A stretch of 64,000 bases of DNA from Lama glama. Taxonomy: Eukaryota. The translations under genes and the position numbers were made by a program. Location: NCBI GenBank assembly GCA_028534125.1, contig CM052816.1, positions 31,808,001 to 31,872,000 on the forward strand, written 5' to 3'. Shown one piece after another: positions 51,351 through 63,095 of this stretch. The notes beneath the pieces are model-generated. The model was given only the letters and a program-made list of their open reading frames with translations. It had not been told where the DNA came from and ran no database searches. Numbering within the stretch: the first letter of the stretch is position 1; each line of letters opens with the position of its first letter.

Positions 51351-53079
51351 AATGTCAGGGTCAAAACTGGTTTAGTATTTTAGCTTTAATTTAGCCAATG
51401 AGCAGAAATTATTTTAATAAATACATCACTGTTCACTTAACAAGGCTGATACAAAGCAGGCATAAAGAACATTCCTAACAAGAACACAAGCACATCTCGC
51501 TGTAACAATAGCATGACCTTCACGGGAGAGCAGCTTTTAGAGACAAATCCTCTCCTCGAACTCCCTCTTCTCTAGCAATTGTCTCCCCTGAACAATTTTG
51601 AATCATTAAGAGACACAGCTTCTAATTAACCTAGTAATATCTCCTAATTACTGTGTGTACTCAAGTCAAGACTTTGAAGTCTTGAGACTTCAGATGGCAC
51701 AGTCATGAGACCGCAAAATTTTTTTGTTAAACACAATATGATTTTTATTAAAAATTAATACCTACCTTTTCTAAGCTTAAAATATAATAATAATAAAGAC
51801 CTTCCTCATATGTACTCCTCCAACATCTAACTTCATTGTTTTTGAAGGAAGAGAAGTGGAGGAAGAAATATTAAGGATCCATGGGAAAAGCTGATTAATA
51901 AGTCAACCACTGACCAGCTGTCCTTGCAAATGTAATTCTGTGCACTGAGTAACTAGAAAGAGACTTACCATACTTCTTTCTACTTTTAATAACCTGAAAA
52001 GCCTCATTTAGGGGCCGAAGACCCTAAAGTATGTGCTCTCATTTCGTATAATTATGCCAGATTTATAAGAAATGGGAACATTTTTTATTCCAATTGACAT
52101 ATTTAGATCATAAATGTTTGTTTCTGCAGTTTCAAATGACCTCTAAACAGGGAAGTTCAAAATACGCTTCTTTTCTACTTTATGAAGGATTTTTTAAAAG
52201 ATAATTTCTGACACAACAATTCTGTGATTTCTGAGATGTATTAGGCTCCCTAGGAAATATTTCTCAAACTCTTCCTCAGTCTCCTGATCTTCCCTGAGGG
52301 ATGCGACCCACTGGCATCTGTGAAAGAGCACATGTGGAACCAATTCCCCAAAAACACATTGTACGCACATGAAGAGAGAAGATGGGTGTTTCATTAGCCC
52401 TACTGTTTCCTCCCTGTTTCTAGGCACCTGTGAGACATGATTTCCCAGAAAGGATGGAGCGTGATTAAAAATGCTCCTGAAAGCTTTTGGATTGAGCGAT
52501 TTTTTTTTTCCAACAGGAAAGAGCTCTCTGACATTCATCCAAGTCACTGGGGAACAAGGACAACTTGCAGCCGACTGGCATTTTTCTTCAGCATCCATCT
52601 CTATCCCATGCACAGGGTGAACCAAGAGCTTGCTAAGGAAACCAGACAGGAGCGCAAACCAAGTAAAATTGCTGTAAATATCTTTTTTCCTTCTTGTCCA
52701 CATGATTTTAAGAATCACATGACATCAAAACCAGAGGCTGCTTTAAAAGGGGGCAAGAAATTATAAATCACTACAGAGCAAATACCATTTCTGCAACTTA
52801 GCTGCATAAACAGTGTAATACATATAAGTAAGACAAAAACATTCCACAATATAAATCCTATCACTGGCAGAACAGACACAACCTTGGGAGCATCCCTGGG
52901 AGTCGCAGCCTAACTGGCTTTGACAGCCAGCACACCACATTCACGTACTGTGAAGCTGTACACTCAGCTTCTGAGGAATTAAGAATAAACTCTAAACAAA
53001 GCCATTTTCTCTGCTGATTTGAGCCCAAAAAGGGGGAAGTGAAGGGGGGCGCTTTGAATTGAACCACCAATGTACTCAC

Positions 53080-53300
53080 CTTGGAACGAAAGTTATTCAC
53101 CCTTTCTTCTGCCCTCAGCACGGAGAGCGCGCGGCCGGCAGGAGAGAAAGCGGAGTGAGGCCATCAAGGTGACGGTGAGGTGCTGGAGAAAGAGGGAAGC
53201 ACCTCTTCATTAACCCAAAAAACCGTTCCTCGGGGGGTCCCTGAAGCCACAGTGGGCAAGTGGAGTCGGTTTGCTCGGAAGCCACTCTTTAGTCTCTGAA
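53080..53300 (-). other. Probable non-coding first exon of an unidentified minus-strand transcript (5' end uncertain)
   Basis: CpG-rich; consensus donor AAG|GTGAGT with exon ending at 53080; lies just downstream of promoter motifs; no ATG-initiated frame reads through the donor. Confidence 0.6.
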
Positions 53301-53470
53301 TCTGCTCGCTCTGACCCCGGCATTTCCACAACTCGCGGGCCAATCTGTCCGCTTCCTGTGAGAAGAACCCGTCCTCGACCTCAGATCTCGCGATGCTCTT
53401 CTCCCCACCTCTCCTCCTCCCTCACCAGCCAATAAACCGCACCTCTACTGAGGACGGCCCGTGCGCTTAA
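53100..53470 (-). promoter_or_regulatory. Small CpG-island-type promoter
   Basis: Highest CpG density in window; CCAAT boxes 53340-53344 and 53429-53433; ETS-like CAGGAAGCGG (minus, 53349-53358); TCTCGCGA 53386-53393 (BANP/'Kaiso' CGCG-element core). Confidence 0.75.
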
Positions 53471-53483
53471 AAGTATATCCTAA

Positions 53484-53942
53484 TATTACTCAGCCATAAA
53501 AAAGAATTGAATAACCCCATCTGCAGCAACATGGATGGACCTAGAGATTATCCTACTAAGTGAAGTAAATTAGACAGAGAAAAAAGAATACCATATGAGA
53601 TCACTTATATGTGGAATCTAAAAAAAAAAGTGATACAAATGAACTTATTTACAAAACAGAAACAGACTCACAGGCATAGAAAACAAAGTTATGGTTACAA
53701 AAGGGGTAAGGGCAGGGAGGATAAACATGGAATGTGGGATTAACAGACACATCATTATATATAAAATAAACAATAAAGACCTACTGTATAGCACAGGGAA
53801 ATATAGTCAATATTTTGAAATAACCTATAATGGAAAAGAATCTGAAACAGAATATACATATAAATATAGGTATCTATAACTGGATCACTTTGCTGTACAC
53901 CTCAAACACTGTAAATAAACCATACTTCACTAAAAAAAAACT
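53484..53942 (+). mobile_element. Artiodactyl-type L1 3' end with TSD
   Basis: 'gcagcaacatggatggacctagagattatc.tactaagtgaagtaa'; repeated gtatatcctaa at 53473-53483 and 53943-53953. Confidence 0.93.
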
Positions 53943-54127
53943 GTATATCCTAACCAACCTGGCTACTCCACAGGCAGACATGCCAGTTACTCCAGTTCCC
54001 TGATTTCAATGGAATCCAAACTCTGAAAAAGAATTGAGGAGAATGTAGTGGTGCCCATGCATGCTAAAAATGAGGTGAGGGTGTATATACGTGCTTACAT
54101 CTTCATATTTGTGCCCATAAGTATCTA

Positions 54128-54755
54128 TGTTAGGCAGTTAGATAAAAATGAGCACCCGGCAGGGGGAATGGAAGGGGATAGGAGCAACCCAGAAAAATAA
54201 TAGTATACCTGCGCTCAGGACAAGGAGCTCCAAAATTTTTTTACTTTCTCTAAATGAGGGCCAGCAAAGAAGCTGGCTGGAATAGAACATTCCAGCTGCA
54301 CAGTAGAGAGAAGGACCAGCTTAACTTGGCCCAAGGCTCAATATAGTGTAATTAACACTGCCATATGAGCCCCCTTCCATAGGTTTCTCTGTGTGCATCA
54401 TGGGTAAAAGCATTCATAAAAGGGGTGAGCATGCCTCAGCACAAGGAAGGTGAGTTGTCAATCAGCCTGAGCACTCAAAGAAGCTGAGCCGTGAACCAAT
54501 CAATCAATCAATCAGCCACGAAAAAGCCCCCTAAACCAGAATGTAAGAACAGGAAAAAACAAAGCGGCGCCATTTTATTCTCTCTTGGGTTGGCCCACCC
54601 CCAATTCTCAGGGGGGTACTGTATTTTACAACCTTTTTACCTCATTAATAAAATCTTCTGTTTATATCATGCTTTCTGTCCCTTGTTAAAAATCCTTTTA
54701 TTTTTTCGGGTGACGAAGAACCAAGGTAAGTTTTGTTCCCCTCTTCCTGGTAACA
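54128..54755 (+). mobile_element. Solo ERV LTR (relatively young, family unassigned)
   Basis: TGTTAGG...GGTAACA ends, flanks tatcta/tattta (probable TSD, 1 mismatch), CCAAT ~54496, YY1-like GGCGCCATTTT 54566-54576, AATAAA 54647-54652. Confidence 0.75.
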
Positions 54756-56019
54756 TATTTATATATATTATGCTTTCTATATATATATATATATACACAC
54801 ATACACTCATACATAAATACATACACACACACAGAAGTAGGCATAATTACTGCTTATCATTCCCTTTACCTAGAGGACTATGTGATATGGCCACCCCCAC
54901 CTGAATACCGTTTCAAGATGTTTTGCTTTCTTGTGACATCTTTTCCCTGTCTACATTACCCTTCATGTTCTTAGCCAGATTTCATCTCTAGAGAAATGCT
55001 GAGGAAGAAATAACATTTTGTAATATACTGTAATTTGTCCCATATTAGAGCCATGAAATTGCAGTTCCCCTTGAGTAATTTATAACTAACCGAAGCAGCA
55101 TCCCTAACATTAAAGGACCAATGGCTATAGACATCTCAAAATACCCAGCCATTGGTGACACTCCTTGTCTGTTAGCAGGCTTTGCTAATCCAACCAAAAT
55201 TACCTTAACAGATGGTTATTAGCACCTTGAAGAATTTCACTAAACGCTAAGCTGTTGTGCTCTGCTCAGTTCAGCTGAATCTTCTAACTATCTGGTTTTC
55301 TGTGACAGAAAATGATCTCATTGATCTGTCAAGGGTAATTATCCCAAGGACTAAAGGCAGCTAGTCAGACCGAGGTTCATTTTGTTTTGGCCTTCATCCT
55401 ATCAGAGCTTGGGGAAAAAAATGACTGAAATTTTAAAGGACAAACTTCCCAGACAGGCTGTGTTAAAAGACAGCAGATGGAAGATCTGTCTTTCCAGCCC
55501 CACTCATACTCAACAACCAGAGCTGTAGAAACTTCAGTCATGTTTCCTGGACTGTTGTCAGCCTTATAGGAGAAATATTAGCATCACCTTTAATAGCTTG
55601 GCCTCATGCTGATCGCCATAGTAAGGAAGAGCTTCCTGTAAGGTATCCTCACAGAGGGCACTTGTGTACAGTGGAACCCCAACTGTATATACCACACACA
55701 TGCACATCCAGTCACAACCCAAAGACATCAGTACTATCTGAAGAGCTCATTTCTAACCACAACTTGAGCTGCAGGCTTAGCCTTTGCTCCACAGAATTTC
55801 AAAAACCACTCAGTTTGGCTTCTTTTCCATCAAATAGGAAGAAAAACGCTTAACCTAAGATTTTAAGCTTTAAATCTACACATCCCTTTTCTGTTAGAGA
55901 GAAGTGAAGACAATATCCTGTTTGTTTTACTATATTTCTAAATTAGCCAGTAAAAAAGCTGATTTTTCTTTTAGAAAAGGATGTGTTCAGAATAAATTTT
56001 AAAAATTAAATAAAATCAA

Positions 56020-56950
56020 GCAATCGGGAAGAATCTCCCTAGTAAGACTTGGGTGTTTTCAAGGGACAGGGAAATTCACAGCAAAGGAACAGAAGAGCCT
56101 GAATTGAAGCTGCAGTATTAATCCACTCAGGCTAGGATTGAGAAGATCCCCCCCAACACCGCACCCACCCCCCGCCACTCCCCCCCCACCCCCACCCCCG
56201 CCCTGGTAAAGCTTGGGGTTTTCCCCTAGCTGCCTGAATGCCAAGCAGGGATTCTGCTACCCTTCACGTTACCGAACTCTGATTTTCTTCCTTCTGTTTC
56301 CCGATGCTTTTGTTAACAGCTTAGATTTTAAAAACAAATGTGTCTTTTGAAACGCGGCAGCCACCAACAGGTGAATGCGATTGAGTGTGTGTTTGTGTGT
56401 GTGGAGTGGGGGCGGGAGGGGGCGGTGTTCTTTAATCTTTTTGCGTAAAAAACAGCGGCTTTCCCGAATCAGAAATAAAGTAAAATGGAAATCTGTGGAT
56501 ACCCGGGTTACCTGGCAACCCAAACCCATGGGCTGCCCCTGCTTGCATCCTAATATCCTCCAGCAGGATAGCTGCAGACAGAAGGGATTCCCTTTAGGTG
56601 CAGCCTCTTTACTCTTATCCATTCATTCATCCTAAACTATTTGGTTTCCAAATCAGTAACCCAGATTTCTTCGGGCTATAACACTTGTCTCTGCCGGGAA
56701 TGAAGCTTCCGCTGGGGAATTTACCATAACTCCTTTTTAAATGAGTAAATGTTTTGCAAACCCTCCGGGAAAATAGTATTAAAAGGAAAAAAACAAGGAG
56801 AAGGATTGGGGGGAGTATTGTTCATGGCTGCCCTGCAGCTCCTTCCTGCTGCTCTCGGAAGTCTGCAGTGTCATGCCTATTGCATCCCAACCTCACTGCC
56901 TGAGGCTCCACTCAGGGAATTGCCTGTCACACTGCAGCTTCATCTATAAA
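56020..56950. promoter_or_regulatory. Candidate enhancer/alternative promoter with kB-like cluster, RFX X-box, GC boxes
   Basis: CpG retention; GGGGTTTTCCCC 56215-56226; GTTACCTGGCAAC 56507-56519; GGGGGCGGGAGGGGGCGG ~56408-56425; TTGCGTAA 56441-56448. Confidence 0.6.
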
Positions 56951-57690
56951 TAATCAGCCCAAATTGGAAACTGCCTGGAATAACAGTACAAGAGAAATAA
57001 CTGCAGCATTCCACACCTTTGCTCCAGCTTCTTTGAGGCTCCAGTTCCACCCCCACCCCAGACCAAGCCTCTGTTGATTATATTTAGTTCCTTCTATCAC
57101 CTGAACTAGAAATAATATTCTAAGGTTGTTTTTGTTGTTGCTGCTTTGACTTTGGGAGTTCAATACTTTTGAGACTGTAAGAGCCACATGCTGAATTCTA
57201 AACTAGAAAAAAAAATTTAATAAACATTTCGCTCTTGTCAGAAGAAAAATGCTATCTCCCTAGGTTTTTAGACTAAATATTCATAGTTCTTAGTGATTCT
57301 GTTCATCCCCAACTAATCAAACTAGGTTTATCTGCTCAATGTCTACAAATTTAGTTCTCCCAGAGAGCCTTGTCCATTGTACTACTCATTAATGTTTCCA
57401 TCAGTGGCTTCAAAATTTCATTGAAAATCAAGTCTGAATGCATTTTCTATTTGTCAGCATTTTTGTTGAAAAGTTTCACAAAAGATGGGGGATTTATAGG
57501 TATCACAATATAGAAAGAAAAGTTAATTCCCTGTAAACTTTATTCATTCAACAAAAGAAGACTGAGAAACTAGTATACATGACACTATGCTAAAATATAT
57601 ACATATATGTGTGTATATGTATGTCTGAGTTACAAAGATAAATGTAACAGTCTGTTCTCAGATAACTTAAATTCTAAAAAGAAGGTGTTC

Positions 57691-57694
<4 letters not shown>

Positions 57695-57723
<29 letters not shown>
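57695..57723. repeat. (TG)n microsatellite
   Basis: Directly visible. Confidence 0.95.
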
Positions 57724-57727
<4 letters not shown>

Positions 57728-57749
57728 TTTACTGGTATACTGGAAAATA

Positions 57750-58130
57750 TGCTCTGGACCTAAAGAGACATAAGCAATGTGCTAGGAGAAGCAGTTGAGA
57801 TACAGTTATTTCCATCTGTGGTGACAGAGAAGCCAAGAAGGCTTCAGGAAGAAAATGGCATTTGATGCAGGCCAGTGGATAAGTAGATTTTTGATAGAGA
57901 TGGAAAGGGCAATCAAGGTGGAGGAAATGGACTGACCAAAGGCAAGGGAGCAAGAAGGTTTAGGTAACATCCAGAACTTTGTCAACGGTCCAGTTTGGTC
58001 TATGCACAGGATATAGGATGGTCAATTTCAAATATGGAATATCAATTAGTATATAATGATGCCTTCCACAATTCATTCCCTCATTCGTTTCAGCAAATAT
58101 TTACCAGGTACTCACTTTTCTTGTCAGGGA
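57750..58130 (-). mobile_element. L2 3'-region fragments
   Basis: 'agaaggcttcaggaagaaaatggcatttga','ttcattcgtttcagcaaatatttacc'. Confidence 0.65.
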
Positions 58131-60649
58131 CTTTAAAGAATTAAAAAAAAAACAAAAACAATACTAAGTAAGTGATTCTACTATAATTTTGACAAGGCCT
58201 TTCTCCAGAATTGTTGACCAGAAATCACCATGCCTGCCTTGAGATTACAGTAATATCATAGTTGATGTCAGTAAAAAGTTCTGTGTTTAATGTAACATTT
58301 GTGAAGAAGTTTTGTCATTCCAAGGGGGCAATAGGATAGCTTGTTGGAAGAAACTGGTTCAAAGGGCAAAGCATCAATGCATAAAACATTCATACCATGA
58401 CAGTCATTTCAACTATATGCAGTAGTTGCCTAAGGAGTTGGATGTTTAAAAGGGCAAAGCTTAGCCATTTAATTTGGAACTAGCCACCATATCAATTCAC
58501 ACAAAAGCTGAATATGCACATTTCACCTGAAGGGAAAGCAATAACATCCTCAAACAATAGTCTTCAACTCTATGGATAAAAGACAGATTAAAAATACTTG
58601 CTGGGTCTACTTCATGGGGTTGATGTAAGGATGTATGAGAAGTCATCTGCAGCCTGCAAAGCACTAAACAAATATTAGCTCATTTTTTGCCACAGAAGTC
58701 AGTCTTTGTTGCTCGGTCAGTGTCACGATAACCCTTTGAATATGGCCACAGTCTGCACAATAGGGCATGCATTGTATTAAGCCAAGTCGGAAGCCTATCA
58801 AAAGTTATTTCTTGGATTTCAGCAGAACATCATCTATAAGTCCAAGGAAACAGTAGCAACCTTAGCAGCAGTGAAACTGAGACAATAGCTTTCAGAAGCT
58901 GCAAACATTAGCAAGTTGGTAGGGAGCTCCATCAAGATGTATCCTTGCCACTAATATTGAGATCATGTGATGTGGCTTATTTATGAAAATTAATCCAAGT
59001 TAGGGTATAGCTGGAAAAGTCACTTCCATCCTAGTGGTGTGACAACAGTCTTGTCCTTTGAATTATTATCTTTGATTTAAAGTCATCTCACATTTATACT
59101 TTGGCTATACTATCTGAGCTACCACATAAAGCAAGGACATTAGGTCAGCATAATTCATTACAACATCATAATGGCTGAAACTGAGTTACCTAATATTTTT
59201 TTAAACCATCTTTGCAGGTCAAAGGTTATTAGTTAAAGACAGACATAAAAACAACAACAGTTATTAATTGCTTGCTCTGTGCCAAGCACTCAAGTTGGTA
59301 TTTACAGATTAATTATGTCATGTCACATCCAAAAGACAGATGTATACCAAGAGGTGTATAATTAAATGTAATGCTTTTGTTTCTTTTAAGTTGTTATAAA
59401 TCTCTGGCTGGGACCCCGCCCAACATCCCTTGACCTCTTTCCACTAGCATTTCCCAGGACTTTTAGGGGTCATTCTGTTGAAAGACTAGAGCAGAGCCAA
59501 GGCTGAGGCAGAGTTGCAGAAACCTGAGACAGCTCCTCTGAGAGACTTAATAAGGAGGGTCAGAAAAAGTGATTACCAAGGGCAAATAGAAGGGATTCAT
59601 AGCAAATTGATCAACATGACATCATGGTTTCTTTCAGGATGAGGAGAATTAAGGACACAACATCAGGGTTTTCATGCTTTCCTCTCCGCAAGAAAGCGAA
59701 TAGCTAAAACAATTACAATGAATATATTAGAGTTTTCAACCTAAAAGAGCTGCTACTCTATGACACATGCTCCAAATTCACATGGACACAAAGTTTTAAT
59801 TCACTTTATGAAAGAGCTTAATTTTTCTTGAAAAATCCACACCAATGTATTTCCCCAGGTTGGCATTACTAGAATAAGGAGGGAGACCACCTTATTTGTA
59901 GATATTGACAAATAGGTCTGAGCATTTTAAATTATTATTAACTAATTCCTTTTACTGTTACCCACAAAAGATTTTCATCTTCAAGCCAACACTAAACTCT
60001 CAACTCCACTATGATGACCTGCCTCAGAAGTCATAAAGCCCCAAAACTATACAATAATATCCTTGAACCCATAGTATGAAATGCTACTATCATTTCAAGG
60101 TATTTCTTTATCATTTGAATATTTTAGTATTTAGCCTAATTAGAGAACAGATTTGAGCAAATGAGATCATGCATCTGTAAACATTCTGTAACTGCAGAAC
60201 ATACGAGGCACACCTAAGAGATTAACTTCCTTTATATCCCCCAGTGTTCTTCAGATAAGACTGACTCACAGTAAACAGAGATAAAATCTGAGTCTGCCTC
60301 TCTTGTAAATAACAGAATGTCTCAGTCACTGTAACAGTCACTACTGCTTAATGCTAAAGCTTTATGATTGCATTCAAATTAGGGATGAAGTCCACTAACA
60401 TAATTAGACTGAATTACACAAAATTGACAATATTCAGTCATTTGTAACCTACAAGAATGGCCATTTTATGGTTCAACCAAATACAAAGCATTAGCTTTAT
60501 TTTTAAGATTCTGAAATTACAGATATCATGAAAATGTGTTGTTATGATTCTGATAAGGTTTACATTTATAGAAGAGGAATAAGAGCTATATTGTCCCAAA
60601 GAATGAGAGTCCTCTGTAAGAATCTGGAGGAAGGAGATGGATAAGGGCA

Positions 60650-61170
60650 TCTTTTCTGACTGAGGCTGCCTGGATCCTACATGCCAGGAGGGGACTAGCT
60701 ATGTTAAAGCAGCCCAGACACAATACATCTTACACTGTGACTTGGAGACATGCTGCTATCAGCCTGTAGTGAGATACTGAAATACTCGTTCTCTCATCTC
60801 AGAATTTTAACTAAAGCCCAGAACTGAGGACAATAGGTACTAAGAACCCCACATCCGAAAGAGAAGCACAGCACTTTTGTATAGGAGACATGTGCCCCTT
60901 CCCCCCTTCTTCCTCCTGAACCTGGAGGAAGGAGGAGCCCCAACAGAGGGAAGGAAGTATAGAAGGAGACAAGGAGCAAGCCACACCTCCCACCAGTGCA
61001 GTCCCCTAACCAGCACAGGTCTTGTGAGTCCCAAGCCAAGCCTGGCGGAGAAGAGTTCTCTACTGGATATTAGGCTGAAATTTTAACTTGATTCAATTAA
61101 ACTGGACTGGAATTTCATGCCCCAAAGTATCCACAAAGCAATGAGATCTGTTCAAGATGATGGAAAAGAC
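60650..61170 (+). mobile_element. Possible ancient Gypsy-like (MamGyp-type) LTR
   Basis: 'ggctgaaattttaacttgatt..aaactggactgg' motif recalled from MamGyp-type LTRs; weak. Confidence 0.3.
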
Positions 61171-61484
61171 TTAACAGCACATATTTGATGGCAATAAGAA
61201 AAAAAGAATGGAGACAAGAAAGAAAGCTATTTCATATTTGCATCTCACCAAATCTTGGTTAATAAGGAAAATTCTGGGCTGATAATTTTTCTCTATGGAA
61301 GTATAGCAGTAATCCCAGTATGTAAATGAAAAGATTTTTAAAGTAACTAAAAACTACAAAAAAAAAAACCCTTTATAATAACAGTTGTTTATGTTAGCCA
61401 CAGTCAGTAACTGCAAGCAACAAATAAATTTTGGCTCTCTTAGGCAAAGGGTAGATCTACTGGAGAGTAATACAGGCCTACAGT

Positions 61485-61800
61485 GTTCATTTATTCAGTA
61501 AATACTTATCAAATACTATGTGTCACCTATTATTCTGAGCACTAGGGTACAATAGTGAACAAGGGCCAAAATCTCTTCTTTTATGAAACTCAACTTCTAA
61601 TGGGAGAGCCAGACAAAAAACAAATAAGAAAAGTATACAGCATGGTAGATGATGCTAAAAGAAAAACTAAAGCTGGGATGAGGAGAAAGAGTTCTGAGTC
61701 AGATGGAGGGATTGCTCTTTTAAGTAAGAATAGTTAGGGAAGACAGCACATGAAGTTGACATCTGGGCAAAGTCTCAGATGAGGTGGAGGCACTGAGCCA
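61485..61800 (-). mobile_element. L2 3' end
   Basis: 'ttcatttattcagtaaatacttat','gcactagggtacaatagtgaacaag','cttctaatgggagag.cagacaa'. Confidence 0.8.
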
Positions 61801-61957
61801 TTCTGGCAGTAGAAACAATGCTACCACTACTGGGCACTGCAACTAATGCAAAGGGACACTGATGGGACAACCACCATCAACAAATTCTAACCACTTTTTC
61901 GTTTTTGTCTCCCCCATTGATTCTATCTCCTCCTTCCTAGCAGAACATCTATGTGGC

Positions 61958-62451
61958 TGAAGGAAACCTGACTATGTCACCCCAAAATATGCCTCTTTGA
62001 TACAAAAATTTTTTTTGATCTGAAGGCAATTAAGCAGCAGCAAATGCAGAGAAAGTTCGCTCTCTCCCTCCTCCTTTTCTGCCTAAAAGGAGGATATAAA
62101 CTCTGCTTTTACTGGAGACAAACTCTCATCAACCAAGAGCTTATCCTATCAGGGGAACCTGCAAATAAATCTTACTCAGTAGTTTCCTTCCATATATTTA
62201 CCTTCCCACAGTTTTCAGCCCTTGGAAGCCTAAAATCACTTTCTTTTGCCCTGTCACTGCTCCACAAATTTATTGTTCTTTGGTAAAGATGCTATATAAG
62301 CTGGAGCTCTAAGCCACCATCTGAGTTGCTCTTCGCAAAGGACATGTACTGCATGCGCTAATCAACTGTTTGTCTCTTGTTAATCCATTTTCTTTAAAGA
62401 GTCCCAACTGAAAACTGAAGATGGATAGAGGTAGAGTCTTGCCTCCCAACA
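61958..62451 (+). mobile_element. MER34-family ERV1 solo LTR, apparently nested in an MLT1 remnant
   Basis: 'tgaagga...tatgtcaccccaaaatatgcctctttg...tctgaaggcaatt'; TATA 'ctatataag'; TG...CA; 4-bp flanks tggc/tgac. Confidence 0.85.
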
Positions 62452-62914
62452 TGACCAAATCAGGTTATGTGTCCCCTCCCCTGGTAGCAGGGGTGGGCAG
62501 AGGGACGACAGGCTGCAGTCACACTCACTGGGGTCCCTCTGAATTGGAGAGATGAATATCTATCATACTGTTGCTTTTGAGAACCTCCTCTGTGACTTTA
62601 AAGAGGTTAAATAACGTGCCCTGGCATTGTGAGGTGGAGCAGGAATTCAGACTCAAGTCTTAGCTGACTCCAAACCTGTAGCACAATGAGAATTTCCCCA
62701 CGTGAGCAATTACCTGTTTTCTTGCCAGCATGTAAGGGTGGGGGAGTGATTGTCCCCACGGTCACTGTCAGCCACGGGCTCCTTAAAAAAGCATTTCACA
62801 TCAAGTCCCAGGATCCTCACGCTCATTTTAGGTGTTTCTTCTGATTTTCCTCACCTCCTATTCTCTCTGCAAGCAGCCAGTTCCTAATCAAACCAGGGTG
62901 GTTTGACCCTCTAG

Positions 62915-63095
62915 CTCATTATTTCTCAAAATGTGGTCCTCAAAACAGCTGCATTAGCATCATCTGGATGATGCCAAATCATTGGGGATGCCAAATCTCA
63001 GACCCCACAGCAAGATCTACTGAATCAGAAACTGGGGGTAGCAATCTTTATTTTAACAAGCTCTCCAAGCCTCTGAGGGAGGCTTAAATTTGTTC
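62915..63095 (+). mobile_element. MER5A hAT-Charlie (MIR fragment upstream ~62560-62690)
   Basis: 'ttctcaaaatgtggtcc','ctactgaatcagaaactgggg','ttttaacaagctctcca'. Confidence 0.85.

Noticed and set aside
52194..52718. 174-aa minus-strand ORF near the promoter
   Set aside because: No recognisable domain, crosses a homopolymer run, no supporting splice pattern; consistent with a chance ORF in intron 1
58790..58925. Plus-strand exon candidate (ttcttggatttcag|CAGAAC...)
   Set aside because: In-frame stop in the obvious frame, and resemblance to a decayed CR1/L3 fragment
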